In this document: in pieces, positions 25,251 through 34,333 of the stretch
How positions within the stretch are numbered: the first letter of the stretch is position 1
Layout: each line of letters begins with the position of its first letter
From: Myxococcota bacterium
Lineage (GTDB): Bacteria; Myxococcota; JACRCW01
DNA: 35,036 nt
Assembly: GCA_040752415.1 (NCBI GenBank)
Contig: JBFMGU010000106.1
Coordinates: 1-35,036 of the forward strand
Direction: 5' to 3'
The notes under the pieces: generated by a model
Told to the model about the DNA's origin: nothing
What the model saw: the letters and a program-made list of their open reading frames with translations, nothing else
Databases searched by the model: none
Position numbers and translations under genes: made by a program

Positions 25251-26216
25251 ATGAGCGTGTCCACGTCCCAACCCATGATCCGCATCGAGAACCTGACCAA
25301 GGCCTACGGCGCCACGCAGGCGCTGAGGGGAGTCAGCTTCGAGGTCCCGCGCGGTCAGGTGGTTGGCTTCCTGGGACCCAACGGGGCTGGCAAATCCACC
25401 ACCATGAAGATCCTGGCGGGCTATGTGACGCCCACCTCCGGCACCGCGCGTGTCGACGGGATCGACGTCTCCGAAGACCCCGTGGCCACGCGCCGCCGCA
25501 TCGGGTACCTGCCGGAGAACAACCCGCTGTACGAGGACATGATGGTCCGGGAGTTCCTGGATTTTGCAGCGGACGTCCGGAACGTCCCGGCGGGGGAACG
25601 GCCGGCCAAGATCAAGAGCGCCGTGGAGCGTTGCGGCCTCGGCCCCGTCCTCGGCAAGGACATCGGCCAGCTCTCCAAGGGCTACCGGCAGCGCGTGGGC
25701 CTGGCCCAGGCCATCCTGCACAACCCCGACCTGCTCATCCTCGACGAGCCCACCAGCGGCCTGGACCCCAACCAGATCGTCGAGATCCGCAGCCTCATCA
25801 AGGAGCTGGGTCGCGAGAAGACCGTCATCATGAGCACCCACATCCTCAGTGAGGTGCAGTCCACCTGCAGCCGCGTCCTCATCATCAGCGGCGGCAAACT
25901 GGTGGCCGACGACAGCCCCGAGCACCTCACCGAGAGCGAGGGCGGCGTGGTCACCGTGGTGCTCGCGCCCAAGAACGGCACGCCGCTGGAGGCGGGCCGG
26001 GTGCGCAGCCTGCTGGAGTCCCTGCCGGGTGTGTCCGCGGTCTCGGCCATCGCCCCCGACGGCGAGGGCACGCTGGGCTTCTCACTCCGTCACGGCAAGC
26101 TGGACCCGCGCCGGGCCGTGTTCGAGGCCGCCGTGCAGAACGGCATGATTCTCCTGGAGATGCGTCGCCAGCAGGTCAGCCTGGAGGAGACCTTCCGCAA
26201 GCTGACCGCGGCCTGA
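25251..26216 (+). CDS. ABC-2 type transporter ATP-binding protein (GldA-like)
   Basis: Walker A GPNGAGKST, signature LSKGYRQRVG, Walker B LILDEPTSGLDPNQ, H-loop STHILSEV; start placed at ATG 25251 (alternative 25275). Confidence 0.95.
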   Translation: MSVSTSQPMIRIENLTKAYGATQALRGVSFEVPRGQVVGFLGPNGAGKSTTMKILAGYVTPTSGTARVDGIDVSEDPVATRRRIGYLPENNPLYEDMMVREFLDFAADVRNVPAGERPAKIKSAVERCGLGPVLGKDIGQLSKGYRQRVGLAQAILHNPDLLILDEPTSGLDPNQIVEIRSLIKELGREKTVIMSTHILSEVQSTCSRVLIISGGKLVADDSPEHLTESEGGVVTVVLAPKNGTPLEAGRVRSLLESLPGVSAVSAIAPDGEGTLGFSLRHGKLDPRRAVFEAAVQNGMILLEMRRQQVSLEETFRKLTAA

Positions 26217-26276
26217 AGCCATCCGTCACGACGACGGGAACAACTTTCAAACCCATCCACCCTCGTGGAGGGCACC

Positions 26277-26996
26277 GTGCACACCGCACTTGCCATCGCC
26301 AGACGCGAATTGAAGACGTACTTCAACTCGCCCATTGCCTACATCGTCATCGGCGTGTTCCTGCTGGTGGCGGGCTGGCTCTACTTCAGCACCCTCTTCC
26401 TCGCCGGACGCGCCAGCCTGCGGGGGTTCTTCGGCATCGCGCCGGTCCTCTTCGTGGTGTTTGCCCCTGCGCTCACCATGCGCCTCATTGCCGAGGAGCG
26501 GAAGACCGGCACCCTCGAGCTCCTCCTCACCATGCCGGTGCGCGAGCTTGACGTCGTGGTGGGCAAGTTCCTGGCGGCGCTGGGCATGGTGGCGGTGGGG
26601 CTGCTCTGGACGCTCCCCTATCCGCTCACGGTCTCCACGTTGACGGCGGAGGGCACCTCGTTTGACTGGGGTCCGGTGGTCGGTGGGTACCTGGGGCTGT
26701 TGCTGATGGCGTCGAGCTTCCTGGCCATTGGCCTGTGGTGCAGCGCCATGAGCCGCAACCAGATCGTGGCCTTCATCATGGCCCTGCTGGTGTGCTTCGC
26801 GTTCTACTTCGTCGACAAGTTCGCCATGGTGCTGCCGGAGACGCTCGGCGAGCTCCTCGAGTACCTCTCGGTGGACTACCACTTCGAGAACATCGCCCGC
26901 GGCGTCATCGATACGCGGGACGTGGTCTTCTATCTCTCGCTGACGGCGCTCGGCCTGGTGCTCACCAGCCGGTCGCTGACGGCGGCGCGGCAGTGA
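26277..26996 (+). CDS. ABC-2 type permease (GldF-like)
   Basis: IARRELKTYFNSPIAY, TMRLIAEERKTGTLELLLTMP, VVGKFLA, HFENIARGVIDTRDVVFY; about 6 TM segments; GGAGG SD before GTG 26277. Confidence 0.92.
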   Translation: MHTALAIARRELKTYFNSPIAYIVIGVFLLVAGWLYFSTLFLAGRASLRGFFGIAPVLFVVFAPALTMRLIAEERKTGTLELLLTMPVRELDVVVGKFLAALGMVAVGLLWTLPYPLTVSTLTAEGTSFDWGPVVGGYLGLLLMASSFLAIGLWCSAMSRNQIVAFIMALLVCFAFYFVDKFAMVLPETLGELLEYLSVDYHFENIARGVIDTRDVVFYLSLTALGLVLTSRSLTAARQ

Positions 26997-27005
26997 GGTG
27001 ACGCC

Positions 27006-28643
27006 ATGAGAGCCAACGTCAAGAACGCCACCGTGGTGGCCGCGGCCATTGCCGGCAGCCTGGTGCTCCTCAACGTCCTGTCCATCCGCGCTTTCGCGCG
27101 GGCGGACCTCACCAAGGACAACATCTACACGCTGTCGCCGGCCTCCCGGGACACCGTCTCCTCGCTCGAGGAGAACGTGGCCATCAGCGCGTACTTCACC
27201 GAGGACCTGCCGCCTCCCTACAGCTCCAACGCGCGCTACGTCCGCGACCTGCTCGAGGAATACCGCGCGCACTCCAAGGGCAAGCTGGGCTTCGAGTTCA
27301 TTGACCCCTCCACCCAGGAGACCGAGGAGGACAAGGAGAAGAAGAAGGACGTCAAGCGCGACATCTTCGGCCGCCGCGTGCGCGAGCAGACCAGCGTGGA
27401 GAAGGACCTGGCCACCGCGGGCGTGCAGCCGGTGGAGATCCGTGTCGTCGAGGAGGACCAGGCGCAGACCAAGCGCGCGTACATGGGTCTGGTCATCAAG
27501 TACCAGGACAAGAAGGAGGTCATCCCCGTTGTCCAGGACACGCGCACCCTCGAGTACGACATCACCAGCCTCATCCGGAAGATGACCCGGACCAAGGTGC
27601 CCGTCCTCGGCATCGTGCAGGGCCACGACGAGCCCGCCATGCACGAGCACTTCAACAAGCTGCAGGCGCTGCTCAGCCAGATCTACACGCTCAAGCCGCT
27701 GGACCTCTCCGGCAAGGAGAGCGTGGATGACGACGTGGACGGGCTCTTCATCCTGGGCCCCAAGACGGCGTTCAAGCCCAATGAGCTCAAGGCGGTGGAC
27801 CAGTTCATCATGAAGGGCAAGGCCGCCGCGTTCTTCGTCGACGCGCTGCGCGTGGACACCCGCACCTTCCAGAGCGAGGACGTGGACCACGGCCTGGCGC
27901 AGCTCCTGGCGACCTACGGCGTCACCGTGGGTGACCAGCTCGTCGCCGACGTGCAGAGCGCCCAGCTCAACGTGCAGGAGCGCCGCGGGTTCATGGTGGT
28001 GAGCATGCCGGTGCCCTATCCGTTCATCCCACTGGTGCAGCGCCTGGAAGGCGACAGCGCCATCACCTCCGGTCTCACCGGTCTGGCCATCCCGTTCGTG
28101 ACCTCGTTGACGCTGAACGCGCCCGAGGGTGCCACCGGCCAGGTGCTGGCCAGGAGCAGCAAGAAGAGCTGGCTGGAACAGAAGCCGTACAACATCGATC
28201 CCCGTCGTGACTGGCGCAATGAGAGCCCCACGTTCACCGGCCCGCACAACCTGATGGTGCAGGTGAGCGGCAAGCTCAAGAGCCACTTCGCGTCGGAAGC
28301 GGGCATGTCCACCTCGCCCACCGCGGGGCCGCTGCTGGGCGAGAGCCAGGGTGAGGCGCGGGTGATTGTCGCCAGCGGGTCGGCCATGGCGCAGGACGAC
28401 TTCATGGGCCGGCCCAACCAGGCGCTCATCCTCAACGTGGTGGACTGGATGCTGCTGGACCCCGCGCTGCTGGCCATGCGCGCCCGCGGCCTCACCGAGG
28501 CGCCGCTGGAGGCGGACCTCAGCGAGGCGCGCCGGAACACGGTGAAGTTCGGGAACGTGCTGGGTGTGCCGTTGCTCCTGGCGCTCTTTGGCATTGTCCG
28601 TTGGCGCATGCGTGAGTCCAGCCGCAACGCCCAGCTCGTCTGA
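27006..28643 (+). CDS. GldG-like ABC auxiliary component (ABC_transp_aux)
   Basis: N-terminal TM, RADLTKDNIYTLS, FEFIDP, LEYDITSLI, GHDE, DQFIMKG, N..LILNVVDW, C-terminal TM. Confidence 0.9.
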   Translation: MRANVKNATVVAAAIAGSLVLLNVLSIRAFARADLTKDNIYTLSPASRDTVSSLEENVAISAYFTEDLPPPYSSNARYVRDLLEEYRAHSKGKLGFEFIDPSTQETEEDKEKKKDVKRDIFGRRVREQTSVEKDLATAGVQPVEIRVVEEDQAQTKRAYMGLVIKYQDKKEVIPVVQDTRTLEYDITSLIRKMTRTKVPVLGIVQGHDEPAMHEHFNKLQALLSQIYTLKPLDLSGKESVDDDVDGLFILGPKTAFKPNELKAVDQFIMKGKAAAFFVDALRVDTRTFQSEDVDHGLAQLLATYGVTVGDQLVADVQSAQLNVQERRGFMVVSMPVPYPFIPLVQRLEGDSAITSGLTGLAIPFVTSLTLNAPEGATGQVLARSSKKSWLEQKPYNIDPRRDWRNESPTFTGPHNLMVQVSGKLKSHFASEAGMSTSPTAGPLLGESQGEARVIVASGSAMAQDDFMGRPNQALILNVVDWMLLDPALLAMRARGLTEAPLEADLSEARRNTVKFGNVLGVPLLLALFGIVRWRMRESSRNAQLV

Positions 28644-28658
28644 CACTCGAGGTTTGCC

Positions 28659-30410
28659 ATGAACAAGACCACACTCATTGCGGTGGGCGTGTTTGTCGGC
28701 CTGCTGGTCCTGGTGCTGGCCACGCGCGAGAAGCAGGTCAGCGTGGGCATCAAGAAGCTGGAGCTCCCTGCGGTCCAGAAGGAGCAGGTGACGCGCCTGG
28801 AGATGACCGGCGCCAAGAGCGCCACCCTGGTGAAGGACGGCGAGGCCTGGCTGGTGGAGGATCCCGCCAAGCCCGGCACGCGGCACCCCGCCGACGACAC
28901 CGCGGTGAAGAGCGCGCTGGACGCCGTGGCGGAGTTCAAGGCCGCGGACCACGTCACCGACAAGAAGGAGAAGCACGCCGAGCTCGAGGTCGACGACGCC
29001 AAGGGCTTGCGCATCAAGGTGGCCACCGCCTCCGGCTCTCCGCTCGACGTGGTGGTGGGCAAGGCGGCCAAGGGCGGCGGCTTCTACATGCGCCAGGCCG
29101 GCAAGGATGACGTCTTCACCACCAAGGGCCGTCTGGCGAGCGCCGTGCGCAAGGACGCCTCCCAGTGGCGGAAGCGCCAGCTCTTCACCGTCAAGGCGGA
29201 GGAGCTCACCTCCGTCAGCATCAAGCACAAGGAAGGCGGCGAGCTCGTCGTCGAGTCCGCGGACGGCAAGGAGTGGAAGCTCAAGGACGGAATCGCCGTT
29301 CCCGAGGGCTTCCGCTTTGATCCCCAGGCGGCCCAGCGCGTGGCGCAGGGTGTGGCCTCGCTGCGGGCGCAGGACTTCATGGAGGCGGGCGCGCGCACCG
29401 ACGAGCAGCTCGGGCTCTCTGGCGCCCACGACGTCGTGGAGGCCAAGACCAAGGACGGCAAGTCGCTGATGGTGCACCTGGGCAAGGAGGGCGACTCCAA
29501 GGACCAGAGCACCGCCTCCCAGCTCCGTGGCCGTTTTGACGAGGTGGATTCCGCCGGCGCCAAGGACCAGAAGATCACGCTGGCGGACCTGCAGGCCTTT
29601 GCCGCCGACGCCACCAAGCCCGAGGACGTGCGCAACGCGGCCACGGCGCTGACGGAGGACGCCGGGAAGTTCGCGCGCTTCGACGTGGGCCCCTACGGCG
29701 GTGGCACCAAGGACGACGCCATCACCCAGCAGGAGCTGGATATCGCCTCGCGCACCGCGTCGCTGGTCCCCGCGCGCGTGGAGGGCGACCCGCAGGTCTA
29801 CCTGCTGCCGTCGTACACAACGAACCAGCTCCGCAAGAAGGTCACCGACCTGCGCGACCTGGCGCTCCTCAAGCTGGACCCCGAGAAGGCCAAGAAGCTG
29901 ACCATCCAGGCCGGCGAGAAGAAGACCGTGGTGGCCAAGGAGAACGGGACGTGGACCGTGGTGGAGCCCAAGAAGCTCCCCGAGGGATTCGAGTATGACC
30001 CGCAGCAGGTGACCACGCAGCTCAATGTGCTGAAGAACATGAAGGCCACGCGCCTGGCGGAAGGCAACCCCGCCGACGCCGTCACCGGTCTCAACAAGCC
30101 CACCGCGCTGGTGGACGTGGAGCTGGAGGACGGGACCCACCAGACGGTGCGCTTTGGCAAGGACGTGACCAACGCCGACAAGAACGTGAAGGAGCTGTAC
30201 GTGAAGGGCTCCGCGGACAACCTCGTCTACGTTGTGGGGGATTTCCAGCGGAAGCGCCTGGAGAGCGGCGTGGAGCTGTTCAAGAAGCCCAAGCCTCCCC
30301 CCGGCATGGCGGGTGGCATGGGCGGCATGGGTGGCATGAAGGGGCTGGAGAACCTGCCGCCTGAGGTTCGCAAGCAGCTGGAAGCGCAGATGCGCAACAA
30401 CCCGCACTGA
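28659..30410 (+). CDS. DUF4340 domain-containing membrane-anchored protein with an EF-hand-like insertion
   Basis: N-terminal anchor; three repeats ending in G-K...Y/A-x-R/K...VF/VY; typical fourth gene after GldAFG-like genes; GAGG SD. Confidence 0.8.
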   Translation: MNKTTLIAVGVFVGLLVLVLATREKQVSVGIKKLELPAVQKEQVTRLEMTGAKSATLVKDGEAWLVEDPAKPGTRHPADDTAVKSALDAVAEFKAADHVTDKKEKHAELEVDDAKGLRIKVATASGSPLDVVVGKAAKGGGFYMRQAGKDDVFTTKGRLASAVRKDASQWRKRQLFTVKAEELTSVSIKHKEGGELVVESADGKEWKLKDGIAVPEGFRFDPQAAQRVAQGVASLRAQDFMEAGARTDEQLGLSGAHDVVEAKTKDGKSLMVHLGKEGDSKDQSTASQLRGRFDEVDSAGAKDQKITLADLQAFAADATKPEDVRNAATALTEDAGKFARFDVGPYGGGTKDDAITQQELDIASRTASLVPARVEGDPQVYLLPSYTTNQLRKKVTDLRDLALLKLDPEKAKKLTIQAGEKKTVVAKENGTWTVVEPKKLPEGFEYDPQQVTTQLNVLKNMKATRLAEGNPADAVTGLNKPTALVDVELEDGTHQTVRFGKDVTNADKNVKELYVKGSADNLVYVVGDFQRKRLESGVELFKKPKPPPGMAGGMGGMGGMKGLENLPPEVRKQLEAQMRNNPH

Positions 30411-30475
30411 GCGGACGCCAATGGGGGCGGGGCGCGGGGAAATGCCCGCGGGGTGCCGGTTGTTCAGACTGGCCA

Positions 30476-31354
30476 ATGAGACGCCAACGCCCCGACGCAG
30501 GTCCCACGCCCCTCCCGGATCTCTTTCCCTACGCCGCCCTCACCGGCGCGCTGGGGTTCCTCCCGCTGCCATTCCTGGACGAGTACGCCAACGCCCAGGT
30601 GCGTGGCGCCATGCTCAACCACGTGGCCGCACGCCACGGCCTCTCGTTGGATCCGTACGCGCGTGAGCGCCTGGCGCGCGGCTACAAGCCCTCCACCGGG
30701 GTGGCTCGGCGCGTGGGGCTCAAAGCGGTGGGGCTGGTGTTCCGTCGCGTCTTCGCCGTGCTGAACGCGGGCGTGGCGGCCGAGGATGCGGCGCAGACGC
30801 TCATCCTCGGGCACCTCTTCGACCGCTACTGCACCCTCATGCACGACCGCTCGGAAGGCCGCACGGTGGTGGGCGAGATGGCCGCCATCCGCATCCGCGG
30901 CGCGCTGGACTCCGCGGTGCTCAAGGCCTCGCGCTCGGCGCGAAAAGATCTGTTCCAGCGCTCCATGTCCCGCGCGTTGGGCTCCCTGCGCGACCTCCCG
31001 TCCGGCGTGGTGGATACCCTGCGCCAGCTCGTGAAGCGTCGTCCGCTGGGGGCGGAGCGCATGGTGGACCAACTCATCCAGGAAGAGCAGGGCTACTTCA
31101 CCCGCGTGGCGGAGCGGGCCGTGAGTGCGCTCAACGGCATGGGCAACGCGTACCTGCAGCGCGTGCAGGAGGCCTTTGACGCCGCCATGGACTACCGACC
31201 CGGTGGTGCCGCGGCCAAGACGGGACGTCGCGCGGCGTCGCGTCGGAGGGGCGCTGCCGCGCGCTCGCGCAAGCGCGCCGCCGCCACGCAGCCCAACGGT
31301 CACCCCAACGGTGCGCGCGGTCGCGCTCGACGTGAAACCGGACCTTCCGCCTGA
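30476..31354 (+). CDS. Hypothetical protein with a DUF697-like N-terminal motif and a basic C-terminal tail
   Basis: AALTGALGFLPLPFLD...ML..VAARHG; GC3-biased codons; Arg/Ala-rich tail; start uncertain. Confidence 0.7.
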   Translation: MRRQRPDAGPTPLPDLFPYAALTGALGFLPLPFLDEYANAQVRGAMLNHVAARHGLSLDPYARERLARGYKPSTGVARRVGLKAVGLVFRRVFAVLNAGVAAEDAAQTLILGHLFDRYCTLMHDRSEGRTVVGEMAAIRIRGALDSAVLKASRSARKDLFQRSMSRALGSLRDLPSGVVDTLRQLVKRRPLGAERMVDQLIQEEQGYFTRVAERAVSALNGMGNAYLQRVQEAFDAAMDYRPGGAAAKTGRRAASRRRGAAARSRKRAAATQPNGHPNGARGRARRETGPSA

Positions 31355-31358
31355 GCCT

Positions 31359-32039
31359 TCAGCCCGGCAACAACGCCAGCCCACCACCCAGCGAGGTCAC
31401 AATCGGCTCGATCGCGTGGACGAACAGCCCGGGCAATGCGCCGTTGATGGCCAGCTCGAACGTGCACGGCTCCTTCATCCGCTTCTGCTCGACGAGCTTG
31501 GCCACCGCGGGAATCTCCATCCGCCGCGTGTTCTGCACGCCCTCCAGGAAGATCTTGAGCTGACCGGCGCGCAGGGCGCGGTCGATCTGGTCTCCGCGTT
31601 CCGCGGCAGCCAGGACGCTGTCGTCGTGGGAGAAGGTGCGGCAGGCGCGCAGCGCGGCGTCAGGACGGGGACACCGCAGCGGCGGGAGCAGCTCAAAGCT
31701 GATGCCCAGCACGTTTCCCGACGCCAGGTACACGTCCTGTCCCTCACTGCGAGGGAACCGCGCCAGGTACTGACGACGGAACAGCCGCGCCAGCTCCTCG
31801 CGCGCCTCACGGTTGAGGATGCCGTGGCGGAAGTAGGCGTCAAACTTCTCCAGCGCGGTGTTGGCCGTCTTCAGCGCTTCCACGATCTGCGGCGTGCCTT
31901 TGTAGAGCGGCGGTCCGTACGTGTACTCCATGCCGGCCACCAGCGGTGAGCGCGACAACGCGTCGACGAGCCGTGCGTAGGAGTGCACTCCGTCCAACAC
32001 CACCCCCAACAAGAGCGGGATACGCCCCACATCACTCAT
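31359..32039 (-). CDS. Hypothetical protein
   Basis: Starts 3 nt after the stop of the upstream peptidase gene; globular composition; GC3-biased codons. Confidence 0.7.
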   Translation of the reverse strand: MSDVGRIPLLLGVVLDGVHSYARLVDALSRSPLVAGMEYTYGPPLYKGTPQIVEALKTANTALEKFDAYFRHGILNREAREELARLFRRQYLARFPRSEGQDVYLASGNVLGISFELLPPLRCPRPDAALRACRTFSHDDSVLAAAERGDQIDRALRAGQLKIFLEGVQNTRRMEIPAVAKLVEQKRMKEPCTFELAINGALPGLFVHAIEPIVTSLGGGLALLPG

Positions 32040-32042
32040 CCA

Positions 32043-32735
32043 TCACCCCGTTCCCAGGTCGCCCTTGGCGCTGGTCATACGCGCGAACTCCGGGAAGAAC
32101 TTCTTGCGATTGTCCGCCTTGCGTTTTCCGTCGCCATGCGCCTCACGGATGACAGACGCGCGCAGCTCCGCGGAGAAGTATTCCGGGTGCGGTTGCGTGG
32201 CCACTTTCATGAGGAACGCCACCAGCGGCTCGCAGTCCATGCCCAGCTCCGCCAGCGCCACGCCGGAGAAGTAGTCCGCGCGCGTCTCCTCCGTCCTGCA
32301 GAGCCGGTCATGCTCTTCCTGGGACAGCTTGCGCTCCTGCCTGTAGGCCGCCCAGCGCTTGGGGCGGTGACCAATCTCGTGCGCAAGAACTCCCACCAGA
32401 ACCCCCGGACGCGTCGCGTTGTCGAGCAGGAAGCTCTTGCCGACGTAGATCGCCCCGTGCTGGTCGATCATCGCGATTGTCCCTTCGGACAGGATGAGGC
32501 TGTAGTCGTCCTCGTTGTCGCCGGCAAGGCGCGCGAGGCGTTTGCGGTAGACGTGGAGGCGCGCCATCTGGGCGGCCACGTCGGCGTCATCCTGGTCCAG
32601 CACTTTGGGCTTGGGTTTGCCGAACAGCGTGTCCTGGATTTGCTCGCCAACGCTTTTGGTCTCTCCCGCACCCCGCGCCCACGACGGACCGAAGGGGTTG
32701 TGGGTGGAGATGCCACTTCCGTTGATGCGGACCAT
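32043..32735 (-). CDS. Putative M48-like zinc metallopeptidase (soluble)
   Basis: G.IYV, GVLAHEIGH (HEXXH), ETRADYFSG (third-ligand E..AD), late HP...R motif; no signal peptide or TM segment seen. Confidence 0.78.
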   Translation of the reverse strand: MVRINGSGISTHNPFGPSWARGAGETKSVGEQIQDTLFGKPKPKVLDQDDADVAAQMARLHVYRKRLARLAGDNEDDYSLILSEGTIAMIDQHGAIYVGKSFLLDNATRPGVLVGVLAHEIGHRPKRWAAYRQERKLSQEEHDRLCRTEETRADYFSGVALAELGMDCEPLVAFLMKVATQPHPEYFSAELRASVIREAHGDGKRKADNRKKFFPEFARMTSAKGDLGTG

Positions 32736-32754
32736 GCGCGCAACGATATCAACT

Positions 32755-34320
32755 TCACGCGGGCTTGACCGGTCGGGCGCTCCATTGCTCGGTGAGGAAA
32801 CGCGCGGCCACGTAGCTGAAGGCCATGATCGTCTCCGACGGGTCGACGGTGGGAGCGGTGGGGAACACCGAGGGGTCGCACACGAACAGGCCTTGGACCT
32901 GGTGGTGCTGGTTCTGGTTGTCGACGACGCTGGTGGCCGGGTCGGGTCCCATGCGCGCCATTCCGCACGGATGCGGCGCGGCGAACACCATCTGACCCGG
33001 GCCGATCTTCACCGTGTCGATCTTGGCCACTTCCTTGGGATCGCGGATGCGCGTGCCCACCGGGTCCGGGACGATCACTTCCCTGGCGCCGGCGGCCAGC
33101 AGCACCAGCGCGCCCTTCTTCATCGCGTCGCGGGCCTGGAGCTCGTCGTCACCCTGCAGACCCATGTGCCAGATGGGATAGCCCTCGCTGTCCAGCTCCA
33201 TGTGACCGGCGTTGATGTCGTCGATCCAGGCGATGGCCGAGCCGATGCGGTGCGCCTGGTCCATCAGCTTTCGGTGCTCACGACCGTAGCCGGGCAACAA
33301 CGCCGCCATGGCCGCGGGAGGGAGCTGGTTCGGATACAGCAGGTAGCCGCCTTCCTTGTACTTCCCGTTCTCGTAGCTGGGCAGACGGAAGTCCATGGTG
33401 CCCACGGCGGCGGGGATGTTGCGCCACATCACCACGTCCTCGTCGAAGAGACCAAAGACCATGGGGCACGGGTTGGCGCGCAGGTTCCTGCCGAGCTGCT
33501 TGCTGGGGTCGGGCACCTGGCTGCGCATGAGGATGGCCGCGCTGTGGTACCCGCCCGCCGCCACAACGACGCACGGGGCCTTGGCGCGCAGCTTCTTGCC
33601 GCTGGGACGCGCGGTGCGACGGTCCATGAAGTCCGCCACCACGCCGGTGACGCGACCGTTCTCGAACAGCACCTTGTCCACGCGACAATCCGCGAACAAG
33701 CGCGCGCCCAGCTCCAGCGCGGCGGGAATGCCGGTGACCAGCTGGCTTTGCTTGGCGTTGTACGCGCAGCCTTGCATGCAATAGCCGCTGCCAATGCAGT
33801 TCTTCCGCGCCTGCATCACCCGCTCGACGTGGATGCCGATGGCCTCACCGCCCTTCTGGAAGAGCTGGTTCATCCGGTTCATGCGCTCGTCGGTGGCGAG
33901 GTGCGCGTTCAGCTCCTTCTCGATGCGCTCGAAGTGGGGACGAAGCTCATCCTCTGTGTGGTGCTGCACACCGAACTGCTTCTCCCAGACCTCCAGCCGA
34001 TCCTTTGGCGTGCGCAGCGTGTCCGCCCAGTAGTGCACCGACGCGCCGCCGACGTTGTTGCCGTAGGTGAGGTTGATCTGCGTGTTGGCGCTGGTGTCCA
34101 GGCCGCGGCCTCCGTCGACGCGGGCGAGCATGTTGTCCTCGCGCTGGTCGAAGTCGCCGCGCATGGGCGTGTAGTAGCCGCCGGCCTCCAGGATGAGGAC
34201 GCGCCAGCCCGCGCGCGCCAGCTCCTTGGCCACCACCGCGCCGCCGCAGCCGCTGCCAATGACGATGGCGTCGGCCTCCTCGGTCATGTCGCTCTTGATG
34301 TCGGTGTACTCGAGGATCAC
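32755..34320 (-). CDS. GMC family FAD-dependent oxidoreductase
   Basis: IVIGSGCGGAVVA...LILEAG FAD motif, GNNVGGAS, C..SGYCMQGC...AKQS, VVVAAGG, HPCGMARMG, GLFVCDPSVFPT...DPSETI. Confidence 0.93.
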   Translation of the reverse strand: MILEYTDIKSDMTEEADAIVIGSGCGGAVVAKELARAGWRVLILEAGGYYTPMRGDFDQREDNMLARVDGGRGLDTSANTQINLTYGNNVGGASVHYWADTLRTPKDRLEVWEKQFGVQHHTEDELRPHFERIEKELNAHLATDERMNRMNQLFQKGGEAIGIHVERVMQARKNCIGSGYCMQGCAYNAKQSQLVTGIPAALELGARLFADCRVDKVLFENGRVTGVVADFMDRRTARPSGKKLRAKAPCVVVAAGGYHSAAILMRSQVPDPSKQLGRNLRANPCPMVFGLFDEDVVMWRNIPAAVGTMDFRLPSYENGKYKEGGYLLYPNQLPPAAMAALLPGYGREHRKLMDQAHRIGSAIAWIDDINAGHMELDSEGYPIWHMGLQGDDELQARDAMKKGALVLLAAGAREVIVPDPVGTRIRDPKEVAKIDTVKIGPGQMVFAAPHPCGMARMGPDPATSVVDNQNQHHQVQGLFVCDPSVFPTAPTVDPSETIMAFSYVAARFLTEQWSARPVKPA

Positions 34321-34333
34321 GACGGAGCTCCGG

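Noticed and set aside
26247..30476. 1,409-aa minus-strand ORF across the ABC operon
   Set aside because: Antisense shadow of three well-supported genes; stop-poor reverse frames are expected at this GC content
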